Assembly (NCBI GenBank): GCA_030147845.1
Contig: JASBUN010000041.1
Span: 34,630 to 98,629 of the forward strand
DNA length: 64,000 nucleotides
Direction of reading: 5' to 3'
Source of the DNA: Gammaproteobacteria bacterium
GTDB lineage: Bacteria; Pseudomonadota; Gammaproteobacteria; JASBUN01
The first letter of the stretch is position 1. Each line of letters begins with the position of its first letter. The position numbers were made by a program, and so were the translations under genes. This document shows, piece after piece, positions 1 to 11,165 of the stretch. The notes below the pieces were generated by a model. That model had not been told where the DNA came from. It was given only the letters and a program-made list of their open reading frames with translations, and ran no database searches.

Positions 1-319
1 CGATGGCGATAGCCGCCAGCGGCAGCAACACGATACCTAAATTTTCGATCGGCTTGCGAATGGCGGTCAGCACGAGAATAAGCGCGATAATCCAGCTGAT
101 CAGCGAGCCGGCGTTGAAGAAGCCGAGATTGATGCCTTTGGGGCCGACCAGAGTCTGGTATAGCAGGCCGCCGTGCAGTATGACCGCGCCCATCGCCAAC
201 GCTAAAACGCTGGCCTTGCCCTCGTCCTGGTTATAGCCGCGCGCCAAGCGTACCGCCAGCAACACTCCGCTGGTGAGGTAGAGGAACACGCTGAGCAGAA
301 TCAAGATAATGTGGTTCAT
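1..319 (-). CDS. Cytochrome c assembly-family inner membrane protein (YpjD/CcsA-like), N-terminal part; the gene runs off the window
   Basis: Manual minus-strand translation from ATG at 319-317: MNHIILILLSVFLYLTSGVLLAVRLARGYNQDEGKASVLALAMGAVILHGGLLYQTLVGPKGINLGFFNAGSLISWIIALILVLTAIRKPIENLGIVLLPLAAIAI. It shows several hydrophobic helices. It lies near and divergent from ffh, as ypjD does in enterics. It is absent from the ORF track because it is truncated by the window edge. Confidence 0.6.
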   Translation of the reverse strand, partial: MNHIILILLSVFLYLTSGVLLAVRLARGYNQDEGKASVLALAMGAVILHGGLLYQTLVGPKGINLGFFNAGSLISWIIALILVLTAIRKPIENLGIVLLPLAAIAI

Positions 320-503
320 GGGGTGCCGGACTAGTGCGCGTTGCGGGCATAATCGCACAACTGCCGCCCACATTGAAGGCTGAACTATACACGGTGTGCT
401 GACGCGTTGTGACCAATTTGTGACTTGAGCTTTGTTTTCCTATCAATCAGTTATGGCATAATCGCGCAAGTGAACTAGGGTAACTGACAAGGTTGGCGGA
501 AAA

Positions 504-1268
504 ATGGAGCTACGGGTATTGGGCTGTAGCGGTGGCATCGGCGCCGATTTGCGCACCACCTCCCTGCTGCTTGGGGAGCATGTGCTGATCGATGCGGGCA
601 CCGGTATGTGCGATCTGCGGCTGGCGCAGTTGGCAAAAATTCGCCACATTTTTGTCACCCACTCGCACCTGGACCACGTCGCCGGTATCCCGCTATTGGT
701 CGATACCATTTTTGACACACTCGAATCGCCGTTGACCGTGCACGCCCGACGCGAAACACTCACCGCCCTGCGTGAGCATATTTTCAACGACATTATCTGG
801 CCGGATTTTACCCGCATCCCCAATCACCGCACGCCGGTACTGCGCTATCAAGAGATGGTCCCGGGCGAGCAGCGCACGATCGGCGAGTGCACGGTCGAAA
901 TGATTCCGGTGAATCATGCCGTGCCGGCGGCCGGTTATCGCCTGTCGGGGTCGTCCGGTACGGTCGCATTTTCGGGCGACACGAGCACAAATGACGAATT
1001 CTGGGGCGCCTTGAATCGCCACGACGAGCTGGATGCGCTCATCGTCGAGGCGGCGTTTCCCGACCGCGATCTGCAATTGTCGCGTTTGGCGCAGCACTAT
1101 TGCCCGCAGCTGTTGGCCGCCGACCTAGCCAAACTTAACCATCGCCCGCGCGTCTTTATTACCCACCTCAAGCCTGGTGATGAAGACTTGATCATGCGCG
1201 AGTGTCGTCATGCCATGCCGGATTTCGACCTGCAGCGGCTGCAGGTCGGCGAGAGTTTCTCGCTGTAG
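504..1268 (+). CDS. MBL-fold hydrolase, class II 3',5'-cyclic-nucleotide phosphodiesterase-like
   Basis: Motif THSHLDHVAGIPLLVD matches the HxHLDH signature of class II cAMP phosphodiesterases. The N-terminus LRVLGCSGG is typical of the family. Confidence 0.7.
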   Translation: MELRVLGCSGGIGADLRTTSLLLGEHVLIDAGTGMCDLRLAQLAKIRHIFVTHSHLDHVAGIPLLVDTIFDTLESPLTVHARRETLTALREHIFNDIIWPDFTRIPNHRTPVLRYQEMVPGEQRTIGECTVEMIPVNHAVPAAGYRLSGSSGTVAFSGDTSTNDEFWGALNRHDELDALIVEAAFPDRDLQLSRLAQHYCPQLLAADLAKLNHRPRVFITHLKPGDEDLIMRECRHAMPDFDLQRLQVGESFSL

Positions 1269-1347
1269 ACGCCGGCGTACTGATTCCCGCCGGCGGCGCG
1301 TATCCGCTACAATGGTGCTTCGATTCTTCAATTCCGCGTGATTCATC

Positions 1348-2706
1348 ATGTTTGATAGCTTGTCAGAACGCCTTGCGCTAACCATCAAGAAGTTGCGCGG
1401 TCAGGGCCGCCTCACCGAGGACAATATCCGCGACACGCTGCGCGAAGTGCGTATGGCGTTGTTGGAAGCGGATGTGGCGTTGCCGGTGGTGCGCACATTC
1501 GTTGATCGAGTGCGCGAACGCGCTATCGACAAGGAGGTGCTGGGCAGCCTGACGCCCGGTCAGGCGCTGGTCAAGGTGGTGCGTGACGAGTTGGTCGCGG
1601 TCATGGGTGACGCTTGCGACGATCTCGAGCTCAATGTGCCGCCACCGGCGGTGATACTCATGGCAGGATTGCAGGGCGCCGGCAAGACGACCACGGTGGC
1701 TAAGCTCGGCCGCTGGCTCGGCGAGCGCAAGAAGTCCGTGCTGGTGGTCAGCTGTGACGTATATCGGCCGGCGGCCATTGACCAGTTACGTACCCTGGCA
1801 AGCGAAGTCGGGGTGGATTTCTACGCCAGCGAGCCGACTCAGGATCCGGTCGCAATCGCCACCGCCGCCCTCGATCACGCGCGCCGGCAGTTCAAGGATG
1901 TGGTCATTGTCGATACCGCCGGCCGGCTGCACATCGACGCGCAGATGATGCAGGAAATTCAACGTCTGCACGCTGCGATACAGCCTGCCGAGACGTTATT
2001 CGTGGTCGATAGCATGACCGGCCAGGACGCCGCAAACGCTGCCCAGGCCTTCAGCGAGGCGTTGCCGCTGACCGGTGTCATACTGACCAAAACCGACGGC
2101 GATGCACGCGGCGGCGCGGCTTTGTCGATTCGCCAGATTACCGGCAAGCCGATCAAGTTTCTCGGCTCCGGCGAAAAAACGGCTGCACTGGAGCCGTTTT
2201 ATCCTGACCGTGTGGCGTCACGCATACTCGGCATGGGCGATGTGTTGAGCCTAGTGGAGGAGGTCGAACACCAGGTCGACAAGGACAAGGCGCAAAAGCT
2301 CGCCAAGAAGTTACAGAAAGGGAAAGGTTTCGACTTGGAGGATTTTCGTGACCAACTGCAACAAATGAGCGCCATGGGCGGCATTAGCAGCCTGCTGGAG
2401 AAGCTACCGGGCGTGTCCGGTTTGTCGCCCAAGATCAAGAGCCAAGTCAACGATCGCGACATGCTGCGTCTAGTCGCCATTATCAACTCGATGACGCCCA
2501 AAGAGCGGCGTTTTCCGGAAGTGATCAAGGGTTCACGAAAACGCCGGATTGCCGGCGGTTCGGGCACGCAAGTGCAGGACGTGAACCGCCTACTGAAACA
2601 GTTTGCCCAAATGCAGAAGATGATGAAAAAAGTGGCTAAAGGCGGTATGGGCAAGATGTTGCGCATGATGAAGGGCAAAATGCCGCCTGGCATGCCACCG
2701 ATGTAA
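1348..2706 (+). CDS. ffh: Signal recognition particle protein Ffh
   Basis: N-terminus MFDSLSERL, GTPase motifs GLQGAGKTTT / DTAGR / TKTDGD, and a Met-rich C-terminal M domain. Confidence 0.97.
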   Translation: MFDSLSERLALTIKKLRGQGRLTEDNIRDTLREVRMALLEADVALPVVRTFVDRVRERAIDKEVLGSLTPGQALVKVVRDELVAVMGDACDDLELNVPPPAVILMAGLQGAGKTTTVAKLGRWLGERKKSVLVVSCDVYRPAAIDQLRTLASEVGVDFYASEPTQDPVAIATAALDHARRQFKDVVIVDTAGRLHIDAQMMQEIQRLHAAIQPAETLFVVDSMTGQDAANAAQAFSEALPLTGVILTKTDGDARGGAALSIRQITGKPIKFLGSGEKTAALEPFYPDRVASRILGMGDVLSLVEEVEHQVDKDKAQKLAKKLQKGKGFDLEDFRDQLQQMSAMGGISSLLEKLPGVSGLSPKIKSQVNDRDMLRLVAIINSMTPKERRFPEVIKGSRKRRIAGGSGTQVQDVNRLLKQFAQMQKMMKKVAKGGMGKMLRMMKGKMPPGMPPM

Positions 2707-3259
2707 GCGCCGGCCCGCCGACCATGATTAGCCCTTTTTTGGTTCGTGCACAGCATTTATGGAGATTCCGATAAGGCGCATTTTCTCGCCAAGGCGCAAA
2801 GCGCGCCAAAGGGGGGCTCGCCAGGGTCGATGCGTGGCCCGCAGGTCGTCATGATCGAGCCCGGGTCGACGGTGGGCCGGCGCGTATTTGACCGTGTTGT
2901 CTTGCGTGCTTGGCGGCTTGGCTAGAGATCGACCGAGTCGAAATCCAGCCGCCGAAAATCAAGCCCGGCCTTTGGGCCGATTCTCGATAAAAAATCGTGT
3001 TATATCCAGCACTTGTCGATCGTCGTGAGGTTAATTTTTAGCCGCCAATTCGGCCGTTGAAGCGCTTCTTCCCGGTTGGTCGGAGTCCTTCCTTGCTGGT
3101 TGTAGTGCAGTTAGGCGGGCTGTGCCATGATGACCGCGGAGCCCCCGATTTGCACTTAGTCCTTCACTTTTGCGGCATTTCGGGTAGAATTGCCCGTTTC
3201 CCGCGCCCGCGCTAAGTCGTGGGCGTCAATCCGGTAAAGATTTCAGAGGAAGTTAGGTA

Positions 3260-3493
3260 ATGGTAACCATTCGTCTGGCCCGTGGTGGCGCTAAAAAGCG
3301 TCCGTATTACCACATCGTCGTCACCGACAGCCGCAACCGCCGCGACGGCCGCTACATCGAACGCCTGGGATTTTTCAACCCGGTCGCTTGCGGGCAGGCC
3401 GACACGCTGAGTGTCAATGCCGAGCGCGTGCAGTACTGGTTGTCGAAGGGAGCTCAGCCGTCTGACCGCGTCGCCAAGTTGATTAAACAGTAA
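3260..3493 (+). CDS. rpsP: 30S ribosomal protein S16
   Basis: [41 protein letters not shown]; canonical rpsP-rimM-trmD-rplS order. Confidence 0.95.
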   Translation: MVTIRLARGGAKKRPYYHIVVTDSRNRRDGRYIERLGFFNPVACGQADTLSVNAERVQYWLSKGAQPSDRVAKLIKQ

Positions 3494-3561
3494 ACGGACG
3501 GCAGCGGTCTCGGCGGTTGGCGTGCGCCGGCCAGCGCGATGGTGCCATTGAACACGACGGC

Positions 3562-4074
3562 ATGGCTGAGCAATCGCAGAAATTGGTTACTTTGGGCCGC
3601 ATATCCGGCCTATTCGGCGTTCAGGGGTGGGTAAAGCTGTTTTCCCACACCGAGCCACGCGAGAATATTATCGCTTATCGGGCTTGGTATGTGCGTCAAG
3701 GCGATGACTGGCGGCCCATGCAGGTGGCCGAAGGTCAACGCCACGGCAAGGGCGTGATTGCGCGCCTGGACGGTATCGACAATCGCGACGCAGCCAATGC
3801 GCTGGTTGGCGCCGATATCGCGGTACCGCGCGAACGACTACCGGCGCTGCAGGATGACGAGTTCTACTGGTCCGACCTTGAAGGGCTGCGAGTGGTCACC
3901 GTCGATGCGATCGAGTTGGGTACCGTCGATCATTTGATTGAGACCGGCGCCAATGACGTACTGGTGGTGAAGGGTGAGCGCGAGCGATTGATACCGTATG
4001 TGCGCGGCGATGTCGTTGTAGAGGTGGATTTAGACGCCGGTGTGCTACGTGTGAACTGGGATCCGGAGTTCTGA
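3562..4074 (+). CDS. rimM: Ribosome maturation factor RimM
   Basis: [29 protein letters not shown] is a typical RimM N-terminus. ATG at 3562 is preferred over the TTG at 3517 given in the ORF track. Confidence 0.9.
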   Translation: MAEQSQKLVTLGRISGLFGVQGWVKLFSHTEPRENIIAYRAWYVRQGDDWRPMQVAEGQRHGKGVIARLDGIDNRDAANALVGADIAVPRERLPALQDDEFYWSDLEGLRVVTVDAIELGTVDHLIETGANDVLVVKGERERLIPYVRGDVVVEVDLDAGVLRVNWDPEF

Positions 4075-4091
4075 CGGCGTTGACGCGCAAT

Positions 4092-4838
4092 ATGAGAATT
4101 GACGTCGTTACGTTGTTTCCGGACATGTTGCGCGCGTTGACCGGATACGGCGTCACCGGTCGCGCGGTTGAGCGCGGATTACTGCAACTGGAAACATGGA
4201 ACCCGCGCGATTACTGCCACGATCGGCATCGCACGGTGGATGACCGGTCTTACGGCGGTGGTCCCGGCATGGTGCTCAAGATTGAGCCGGTGCGCGATGC
4301 CATTCGCGCCGCACGTACGGCCGGCGGCGACGGTGGGCCGGTCATTTATCTCAGCCCGCAGGGCCGGAAGCTGGATCAGAAGGGTGTGCAGTATCTAGCG
4401 GCACTGCCGCATTTGATTCTGATTGCGGGGCGCTATGAAGGCATGGATGAGCGCGTGGTGGACATGGAGGTAGACCAGGAATGGTCGATCGGCGATTACG
4501 TGCTTAGCGGTGGTGAGTTGGCGGCCATGGTGATCGTCGATGCCGTAACGCGGTTGCAGCCGGGTGCTCTCGGCGATGAGACATCGGCGCAGCAGGATTC
4601 GTTTGTGGGCGAGCTGCTTGACCACCCGCATTATACGCGACCAGAGGTATTTGCCGGGCATCCGGTGCCGGCCGTGCTGTTGAGCGGTGACCACGCCGCG
4701 ATCGCGCGCTGGCGGCAAAAGCAGGCATTGGGCCGCACCTGGCTGCGGCGGCCGGAGTTACTGGAGCGCCTGCGGCTGACGGACGAACAACAGAAATTAC
4801 TGCAAGAGTTTATGCTTGAGCACGACGAACGAGATTGA
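4092..4838 (+). CDS. trmD: tRNA (guanine37-N1)-methyltransferase TrmD
   Basis: [12 protein letters not shown] start and the RYEGMDERV motif. ATG at 4092 lies in frame with the track ORF. Confidence 0.95.
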   Translation: MRIDVVTLFPDMLRALTGYGVTGRAVERGLLQLETWNPRDYCHDRHRTVDDRSYGGGPGMVLKIEPVRDAIRAARTAGGDGGPVIYLSPQGRKLDQKGVQYLAALPHLILIAGRYEGMDERVVDMEVDQEWSIGDYVLSGGELAAMVIVDAVTRLQPGALGDETSAQQDSFVGELLDHPHYTRPEVFAGHPVPAVLLSGDHAAIARWRQKQALGRTWLRRPELLERLRLTDEQQKLLQEFMLEHDERD

Positions 4839-4860
4839 TTACAGGATATAGGGGTTGGCC

Positions 4861-5217
4861 ATGAGCAACATAATTGAACAGCTCGAAAAAGAGCAGATGA
4901 ACCGCGAAGTTCCAGTGTTCGGCGCCGGTGATACCGTGGTCGTGAACGTAAAGGTCAAAGAAGGCGATCGCGAACGCACCCAGGCTTTTGAGGGCGTAGT
5001 TATCGCTAAACGCAATCGCGGACTCAATTCATCCTTTACGGTGCGCAAGATTTCGCACGGCGAAGGCGTAGAGCGTGTGTTTCAGACCTACAGCCACGCG
5101 GTCGAGTCGATTGAGGTCAAGCGTCGCGGTGATGTGCGCCGTGCGAAGCTGTACTATTTGCGCGATCGACGCGGAAAATCGGCCCGTATCAAGGAAAAGC
5201 TGGCTACCCGCGGTTGA
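4861..5217 (+). CDS. rplS: 50S ribosomal protein L19
   Basis: [13 protein letters not shown]...[46 protein letters not shown]. Confidence 0.95.
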   Translation: MSNIIEQLEKEQMNREVPVFGAGDTVVVNVKVKEGDRERTQAFEGVVIAKRNRGLNSSFTVRKISHGEGVERVFQTYSHAVESIEVKRRGDVRRAKLYYLRDRRGKSARIKEKLATRG

Positions 5218-5263
5218 CGTTGTGCGCCGATTGTTGCGGCGCGCTGATTGGCCCTACAATGAG

Positions 5264-5291
5264 GGTGTCCCGGTAACGGGACACCTTTTTT
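5264..5291 (+). terminator. Rho-independent terminator of the rpsP-rplS operon
   Basis: Perfect 9-bp stem GGTGTCCCG (5264-5272) / CGGGACACC (5277-5285), loop GTAA, then TTTTTT (5286-5291). Confidence 0.8.
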
Positions 5292-5298
5292 GTTGCCT

Positions 5299-7134
5299 AT
5301 GAGCAAGCTAATTTGCCCACGAATCGGTAAGCAATGCGCCGGCGTGCTATCGGCCGTTGCGCTGTGTGCGCTGTTGCTGGCAGCGCCTCTGCGTTCCCGT
5401 GCCGCGGAACTGGACGACTTCATCAAACTCGCCGAACAGGGCGCGCCGACGCTGGCGCTGTATTTCTTGGACCGCGACCAGCCAAATGTCAGTAAAGATG
5501 TCGGCGGCTGGATGCGATGGGAGAGGGCGCGTATCGCGATTTATCGCCAGCGTAAGGATTGGCCTTCGATCGCTGCGCGCTTGTCGCATGTGCCCAGTGG
5601 CTTACCCCACAGCTTTGTTGTTTGGGCGTCGACTCAGCTTGCCGATGCGTACACGGCGGCCGGTGACGGGCGCGCGGCTTTGGCTGTGGTGCGCAAGCTT
5701 ATTTGGAGCGCCGGTCACGCCGCCGACGCGGCCGATTTGTCGCGCTGGCGGCGTGCTGTAATCGAGGCTTACCTCGCCGCAGGCGATGTTGACGACGCGC
5801 TGACGGCCATGTTGCGCTACCAGCAGGATTACGGCACCGGCGACAAGAATTGGAAACGCCTGCGCGCGCGCGTGCTATTGCGCGCCGGTCGGCCCGACGA
5901 AGTGCGCTCGTTACTGGCGCGCGACAACAGCGACAATGGGCGCGCGCTGTATCTGCTTGCCCGACTGCGCGATGGCAGTTTATCGCCGCAGAAAGTCCGG
6001 CGTGACGCCATCAAGTCGGCCGGCCGTAAAGGTATAAAGGCCGATGCTGCGTTTCGTTTCTGGATTGTAGCGGCGCAGGCGGCCGGGCGCGCGCATGAAC
6101 CCGAAGCCCAAATCAGCTCGTTGTCGCACGCGCTAGCGATCGACAGCCGCCGCCGAGTAGGCTTGTTCGCGGCCGATGGCGCCCAGCTTTGGCGTGCCTA
6201 CCTGAGTTACGGGCGCGCGCTTGGCAATGGTATGCAACTGCTCCTTGGGCGCGACTCGGATTGGTACGATGCGGCGGCTAAGCTGGCTAAAAAGCATCCG
6301 GTTCAGGCACGCGCGCTGTTCGCCGTGTTGGCGATCGACGGCGCCTCGCGCGGTGGCCGGCGGTTGGCTCACGAACGCTTCGCCGACGCTATTGATAAGA
6401 GCGACGGTGGACGCCTATTGCTGGTCGCCTTATATGTTGATAGCAATCGCTTTGCGGGCATCGCGCAGTTGCCGGACGCGCAACGCCGCGAGTTGGTCGA
6501 TGACGCGTTGGCGCGTTCCGATATCAAGCTCGCCTCGCGTCTGATCAGCGGCCTTACCACCGCGCCCAAGGGCGCTGACGCGCTATTTTGGCAAATGCGG
6601 CGCGCGCGTATTCTGATCATGGGCGGCGATGTCGACGCTGGTATCGACGCGCTACGGAGGCTGCTCGAACTACATCGAAAACTACCACGTAAACAAATCG
6701 ATCGTCTCATGCAGGTGCTGTTCGACCTTCAAAGCGTCGGTCGTAACCAAGCGGCGATCGAATTATTTCGGCGCCTGCCACTTAGTGACCAGGACGATCA
6801 GCTCAAACGTGAAGTGCTGTATTGGACGGCCGATTCTTATAAGGCCATGGGTCAGTACCAGGAGGCCGCGCGCCTGTATCTGCGCTCGGCCGGGTTGGTG
6901 CAACCCGAATCAATGGATCAGTGGGCGCAGACCGCGCGCTATCAGGCGGCGGAGGCCTTGGCGCAGGCGGGGCTGAGCGGCGACGCACGGCGAATCTATA
7001 ATGATCTGCTCGACGCGACCAAGGATCCCAGTCGACGCGCGGTGTTGCAGAGCAAGCTACAACAGTTGTGGTTGGTTCCCGAGCGCTCGGCCGTGCCGGT
7101 TACCAACTCCACTACGGCGGGCGGTTCACGGTGA
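5299..7134 (+). CDS. Secreted helical-repeat (TPR-like) protein of unknown function
   Basis: Signal-peptide-like N-terminus MSKLICPRIGKQCAGVLSAVALCALLLAAPLRSRAAE. The composition is Ala/Leu/Arg-rich and repetitive. No catalytic motif was recognised. Its stop overlaps the ogt start. Confidence 0.5.
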   Translation: MSKLICPRIGKQCAGVLSAVALCALLLAAPLRSRAAELDDFIKLAEQGAPTLALYFLDRDQPNVSKDVGGWMRWERARIAIYRQRKDWPSIAARLSHVPSGLPHSFVVWASTQLADAYTAAGDGRAALAVVRKLIWSAGHAADAADLSRWRRAVIEAYLAAGDVDDALTAMLRYQQDYGTGDKNWKRLRARVLLRAGRPDEVRSLLARDNSDNGRALYLLARLRDGSLSPQKVRRDAIKSAGRKGIKADAAFRFWIVAAQAAGRAHEPEAQISSLSHALAIDSRRRVGLFAADGAQLWRAYLSYGRALGNGMQLLLGRDSDWYDAAAKLAKKHPVQARALFAVLAIDGASRGGRRLAHERFADAIDKSDGGRLLLVALYVDSNRFAGIAQLPDAQRRELVDDALARSDIKLASRLISGLTTAPKGADALFWQMRRARILIMGGDVDAGIDALRRLLELHRKLPRKQIDRLMQVLFDLQSVGRNQAAIELFRRLPLSDQDDQLKREVLYWTADSYKAMGQYQEAARLYLRSAGLVQPESMDQWAQTARYQAAEALAQAGLSGDARRIYNDLLDATKDPSRRAVLQSKLQQLWLVPERSAVPVTNSTTAGGSR

Positions 7135-7628
7135 GCGGTGGCGGTCTATCCAGCGGATATCAGGCGGTGTTCGAGGCGCCGTGCGGACGGATCGGTATCC
7201 GTGTGCGTGAGGGCCGGCTCGCGTCGGTCGATTTTTTGCCGACCGACACCGATCTCGTGGCAGCCGGCGATGCCGTTACGCGCGCGGCGCTGGATCAACT
7301 GCGCCACTATATGCGAGATCCGCACTGGCGTTTTTCGTTACCGCTGGCAACCCAAGGCACCGCATTTCAGCGTCGCGTCTGGTCGGTGATGTTACGCATT
7401 CCGGTGGGCAGTACGCGCACCTACGGCGCTGTGGCGGCCGAACTGGGTAGCTCGGCGCGCGCGGTCGGCGGCGCCTGTAGGGCCAACCCGGTGCCGCTGG
7501 TGGTGCCTTGCCACCGCGTGGTCGCGGCTACCGGTATCGGTGGTTTCGGTGGTCATGTCGATGGCCCGGAACTGGCACGTAAGCGCTGGTTGCTGGGCCA
7601 CGAAGGTGCGCTGTTGGAACAGCCGTGA
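7131..7628 (+). CDS. ogt: Methylated-DNA--protein-cysteine methyltransferase
   Basis: Active-site PCHRVV, plus FQRRVW and RTYG motifs. The likely GTG start at 7131 overlaps the upstream TGA (GTGA). Confidence 0.85.
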   Translation: MSGGGLSSGYQAVFEAPCGRIGIRVREGRLASVDFLPTDTDLVAAGDAVTRAALDQLRHYMRDPHWRFSLPLATQGTAFQRRVWSVMLRIPVGSTRTYGAVAAELGSSARAVGGACRANPVPLVVPCHRVVAATGIGGFGGHVDGPELARKRWLLGHEGALLEQP

Positions 7629-7760
7629 TGGCATCGCGGCGTGACCGATAGGCGAGCAAAGCTTGAAATTTGTACAATCGGCCCCAGAACATAAGGGCGG
7701 TAGGGCATTCGTTTTCATTGTTTATACATCTGTTACAGATTTTCAGGAGAATTACCCATC

Positions 7761-9644
7761 ATGACGGTAAAGGCGCATAAGGAAACCCTGGACTTTCAGA
7801 CCGAAGTGCAGCAGTTGCTGCATCTGATGATTCACTCGCTGTATTCCAACAAGGAAATCTTCCTGCGCGAGTTGATCTCCAATGCTTCCGACGCCTGCGA
7901 CAAACTGCGTTTTGAGGCGCTTACCGACGACGCCTTGTATGAAGGCGCGACGGATCTGAAGATTGGTGTCGCGTTTGATAAAGACCAGCGTACGGTCACC
8001 ATTTCTGATAATGGTGTGGGCATGGACCGCGCCGAAGTCATCGACAACATCGGCACCATCGCCAAATCCGGCACGCGACAATTTTTTGAATCCTTGACCG
8101 GAGATCAGGCCAAGGACGCCAATCTCATCGGTCAGTTTGGCGTTGGCTTCTATTCCGCCTTTATTGTTGCCGATAAAGTGACGGTGAGTACGCGGCGTGC
8201 CGGACTGGGTGCGGAGCATGGCGTACGCTGGGAGTCGGATGGTAAGGGCGCGTACACGTTGGAGACGATTGAGCGCTCCGAGCGTGGCACCGAAGTGGTA
8301 TTGCATCTGAAGGCCGGGGAGGACGAGTTCCTCGATGCCTTCCGTTTGCGCCATATCATCAAGACCTACTCTGATCATATTAGTTTGCCCATCATGATGG
8401 CGGCGACCGATCCCGAGAAAGATGAAACCGAGGTGGTAAATCAGGCGTCGGCCCTATGGGCGCGCCCGAAGAGCGAGATCAGCGACGAGGAGTATAAGGA
8501 ATTCTATAAGCACGTTGCGCACGATTTCGAGGATCCGCTCGACTATGCGCACAGCCACGTGGAAGGCAATCAGTCTTACACGACACTGCTATATATCCCG
8601 AAACGCGCGCCGTTCGATTTATTCGACCGGGATCACCGTAACGGCATCAAACTGTATGTGCGGCGCGTCTTTATTATGGACGATGCCGAGCATTTGATGC
8701 CGCAGTATCTGCGCTACGTGCGTGGTGTGGTGGATTCCGATGATTTGCCGTTGAATGTCTCGCGCGAGATCCTTCAGCACAGTCGCATGATCGATACCAT
8801 TCGGGCAGCGTCGGTCAAGCGCGTGTTGGGCATGCTCGAAGCTATCGCCAAGAATGACGCGGATAAGTATGCGGAATTCTGGACACAGTTCGGCGCGGTG
8901 ATGAAAGAAGGCATTGCCGAGGATTTCGCCAATCGCGATCGCATCGCGAAACTGCTGCGCTTCGCGTCCACTCACAACGACGGCGAACAGCAGAATGTTT
9001 CGCTAAGCCAGTATGTCGAGCGCATGAAGGACGGCCAGGAAGCCATTTATTACATCGCCGCTGACGGTTTTGCAGCGGCGAAAAATAGTCCACACCTGGA
9101 AATTATGCGCAAAAAAGGTGTCGAGGTGTTGCTGCTGCACGAACGCGTCGACGAATGGATGATGTCACACTTGACCGAGTTCGAAGGCAAAAAGCTGGTG
9201 TCGGTTGCCAAGGGCGAACTTGATTTGGGTACGCTGGAGGACGAGCAGGAAAAGAAGGAAGTCGAGCAGGCTGCCGGCGAGTACAAAGACATATTGCAGC
9301 GCATACAGTCGGTATTGGGCGACAAGGTCAAGGAAGTACGCGTCAGTCACCGATTGGACCAGTCGCCGTGTTGTCTGGTGGTGGAAGAGGATGACATGGC
9401 GCTCAGTATGCGCAATCTTCTTAAGCAAGCCGGTCACCAGTTGCCACAGCTGCACCCGACGCTGGAGATCAATCCTAAGCACGCGTTGGTGCAGCATTTA
9501 CGCGATGAGAGTGATGAGCAGCGTTTTGCCGATTGGTCTAATCTGCTGTTCGAGCAGGCGTTGCTCAGCGAAGGCGGTCAGTTGGAAGATCCGGCCGCGT
9601 TCGTGCGCCGTCTCAACGAACTGTTGGTGAAGCTGGCCGGGTAA
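7761..9644 (+). CDS. htpG: Molecular chaperone HtpG (Hsp90)
   Basis: [32 protein letters not shown] and [11 protein letters not shown] motifs; length 627 aa. Confidence 0.97.
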   Translation: MTVKAHKETLDFQTEVQQLLHLMIHSLYSNKEIFLRELISNASDACDKLRFEALTDDALYEGATDLKIGVAFDKDQRTVTISDNGVGMDRAEVIDNIGTIAKSGTRQFFESLTGDQAKDANLIGQFGVGFYSAFIVADKVTVSTRRAGLGAEHGVRWESDGKGAYTLETIERSERGTEVVLHLKAGEDEFLDAFRLRHIIKTYSDHISLPIMMAATDPEKDETEVVNQASALWARPKSEISDEEYKEFYKHVAHDFEDPLDYAHSHVEGNQSYTTLLYIPKRAPFDLFDRDHRNGIKLYVRRVFIMDDAEHLMPQYLRYVRGVVDSDDLPLNVSREILQHSRMIDTIRAASVKRVLGMLEAIAKNDADKYAEFWTQFGAVMKEGIAEDFANRDRIAKLLRFASTHNDGEQQNVSLSQYVERMKDGQEAIYYIAADGFAAAKNSPHLEIMRKKGVEVLLLHERVDEWMMSHLTEFEGKKLVSVAKGELDLGTLEDEQEKKEVEQAAGEYKDILQRIQSVLGDKVKEVRVSHRLDQSPCCLVVEEDDMALSMRNLLKQAGHQLPQLHPTLEINPKHALVQHLRDESDEQRFADWSNLLFEQALLSEGGQLEDPAAFVRRLNELLVKLAG

Positions 9645-9729
9645 ACACCATGCGGTGTCGGGCGAGGTCAGTGGGTTCCCGCGGCGCATGCGATCGGATA
9701 CGCTGTAGGCGGTGTGAAAGGCAAACTAG

Positions 9730-10167
9730 ATGGAGCGTCATCGCGTGAATGCAAAGCACAAGCATCGGCGCATCCGCGACCATGCGGCCCGAGTGGCGAC
9801 CATCATCGCCGAAGGTGCGACGTTTGTCGGCACACTCAAGGGAACGGCCAACTGTATTGTTTACGGCCAAGTGGAAGGTGACTGCGATGTTCAGGGCACG
9901 CTCGTGATCGAAGCGAGCGGAGTATGGCATGGCCGCATTCAGGCCGATAACGTCGTTATTGCCGGACACCTCGATGGTGAGGCAAATGCGCGTGAGCGCC
10001 TGGAACTGGCGCCCAGCGCGCGCGTATGCGGCAATATCCGGGGCGACGCGATCGCCATTGCCGAAGGCGCTGTGTGCGAAGGTCAGGTGCATACCAGCAA
10101 CGCGGCCGGACCTTCGCGTTTTACCGCGCGGCGCAATGCGGATGATCCGGCCGTGGTCGGGGAGTGA
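9730..10167 (+). CDS. Bactofilin-family polymer-forming protein
   Basis: Repetitive beta-helix pattern (G.v.G.i.a..v.I..G.v.G), for example IVYGQVEGDCDVQGTLVIEASGVWHGRIQADNVVIAGHLDGEA. Confidence 0.75.
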   Translation: MERHRVNAKHKHRRIRDHAARVATIIAEGATFVGTLKGTANCIVYGQVEGDCDVQGTLVIEASGVWHGRIQADNVVIAGHLDGEANARERLELAPSARVCGNIRGDAIAIAEGAVCEGQVHTSNAAGPSRFTARRNADDPAVVGE

Positions 10168-10583
10168 CCGCCGCTGTGAGCGGCGATGCCGATTCAGGCG
10201 CCAATTCACTGCGTGCGGACAAATGGTTATGGGCGGCACGTTGGTTCAAAACGCGGGCGCTCGCCGTCGAGGCACTCAATGGCGGCAAGGTGCATGTCAA
10301 CGGCATGCGGGTCAAGCCGTCACGACCGCTGCATGTCGGCGACGAGTTGCGGATACGACGCGGCTTTGATGAATATGTCGTTCACGTCCGCGCTTTGAGC
10401 GCCCGCCGTGGTCCGGCCGCGGATGCCCGGCATCTGTACGACGAGACCGCCGCGAGCATCGCTGCGCGTGAACACCTGGCCGCGCAGCGCAAGCTACAGG
10501 CATCGTCGGTGGCACACCCGGATCGGCGGCCCGACAAGCGCGCGCGCCGTCAAATCGTCCGCTTTACGCGCAAGTCGGACTGA
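10164..10583 (+). CDS. hslR: Ribosome-associated heat shock protein Hsp15 (S4 domain)
   Basis: [32 protein letters not shown] is the S4 RNA-binding motif. The GTG start overlaps the bactofilin TGA. Confidence 0.85.
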   Translation: MTAAVSGDADSGANSLRADKWLWAARWFKTRALAVEALNGGKVHVNGMRVKPSRPLHVGDELRIRRGFDEYVVHVRALSARRGPAADARHLYDETAASIAAREHLAAQRKLQASSVAHPDRRPDKRARRQIVRFTRKSD

Positions 10584-10621
10584 GATCCAGGTCTACCCGC
10601 CGTATACCTATCGAGGTTGCC

Positions 10622-11053
10622 ATGAGTCGTCCTATTACCCCTGCGCTGACCGTCGACATCATCATAGAACTGCCTGCCCGCGACGGTTGTCCGATCGTGC
10701 TGATCGAACGCCGTTATCCACCCTTGGGTTGGGCACTGCCGGGCGGCTTCGTTGACATCGGTGAGACCGTCGAGCACGCCGCGCTGCGCGAGGCGCGCGA
10801 GGAGACCGGGCTGCAGGTGGAGTTGGCGTGTTTGCTGGGCGTTTACTCAGCACCGGAGCGTGATCCGCGCGGACATACCGTTGGTCTGGTCTACGTCGGT
10901 CGTGCCGAGGGCGCACCGCGCGCCGACGATGATGCCAAGGGCGCGGATGTATTCGACCCCGATCAGGTACCGCGATTGGTGTTCGATCACGCCATGATTC
11001 TGGCCGACTATCGTCGTTACCGCGCCAGCGGAACGCTCACACCATTGCGCTGA
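10622..11053 (+). CDS. NUDIX hydrolase
   Basis: Nudix box [24 protein letters not shown]. Confidence 0.85.
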   Translation: MSRPITPALTVDIIIELPARDGCPIVLIERRYPPLGWALPGGFVDIGETVEHAALREAREETGLQVELACLLGVYSAPERDPRGHTVGLVYVGRAEGAPRADDDAKGADVFDPDQVPRLVFDHAMILADYRRYRASGTLTPLR

Positions 11054-11165
11054 TGCGTGCGTGGGCGCTATGTTAGCGTCGTCTAATGCAGGCGTTTTTG
11101 CTATCCTGCAGTAACCGGTTAATCTTAATCCCGTTATTTTTATAACGTCATTTCAGGGAGGCCGA

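Noticed and set aside
2199-2756. Long antisense or overlapping ORFs throughout the GC-rich part. Examples: 2199..2756 -, 7752..8378 -, 9613..10239 -, 11607..12125 -, 41826..42530 +, 45880..46719 +, 57944..58732 -, 61134..61949 -.
   Set aside because: They lie opposite or out of frame to genes with unmistakable conserved motifs. Their composition is Arg/Ala/Pro-rich, typical of shadow ORFs in high-GC DNA. None shows a recognisable motif.
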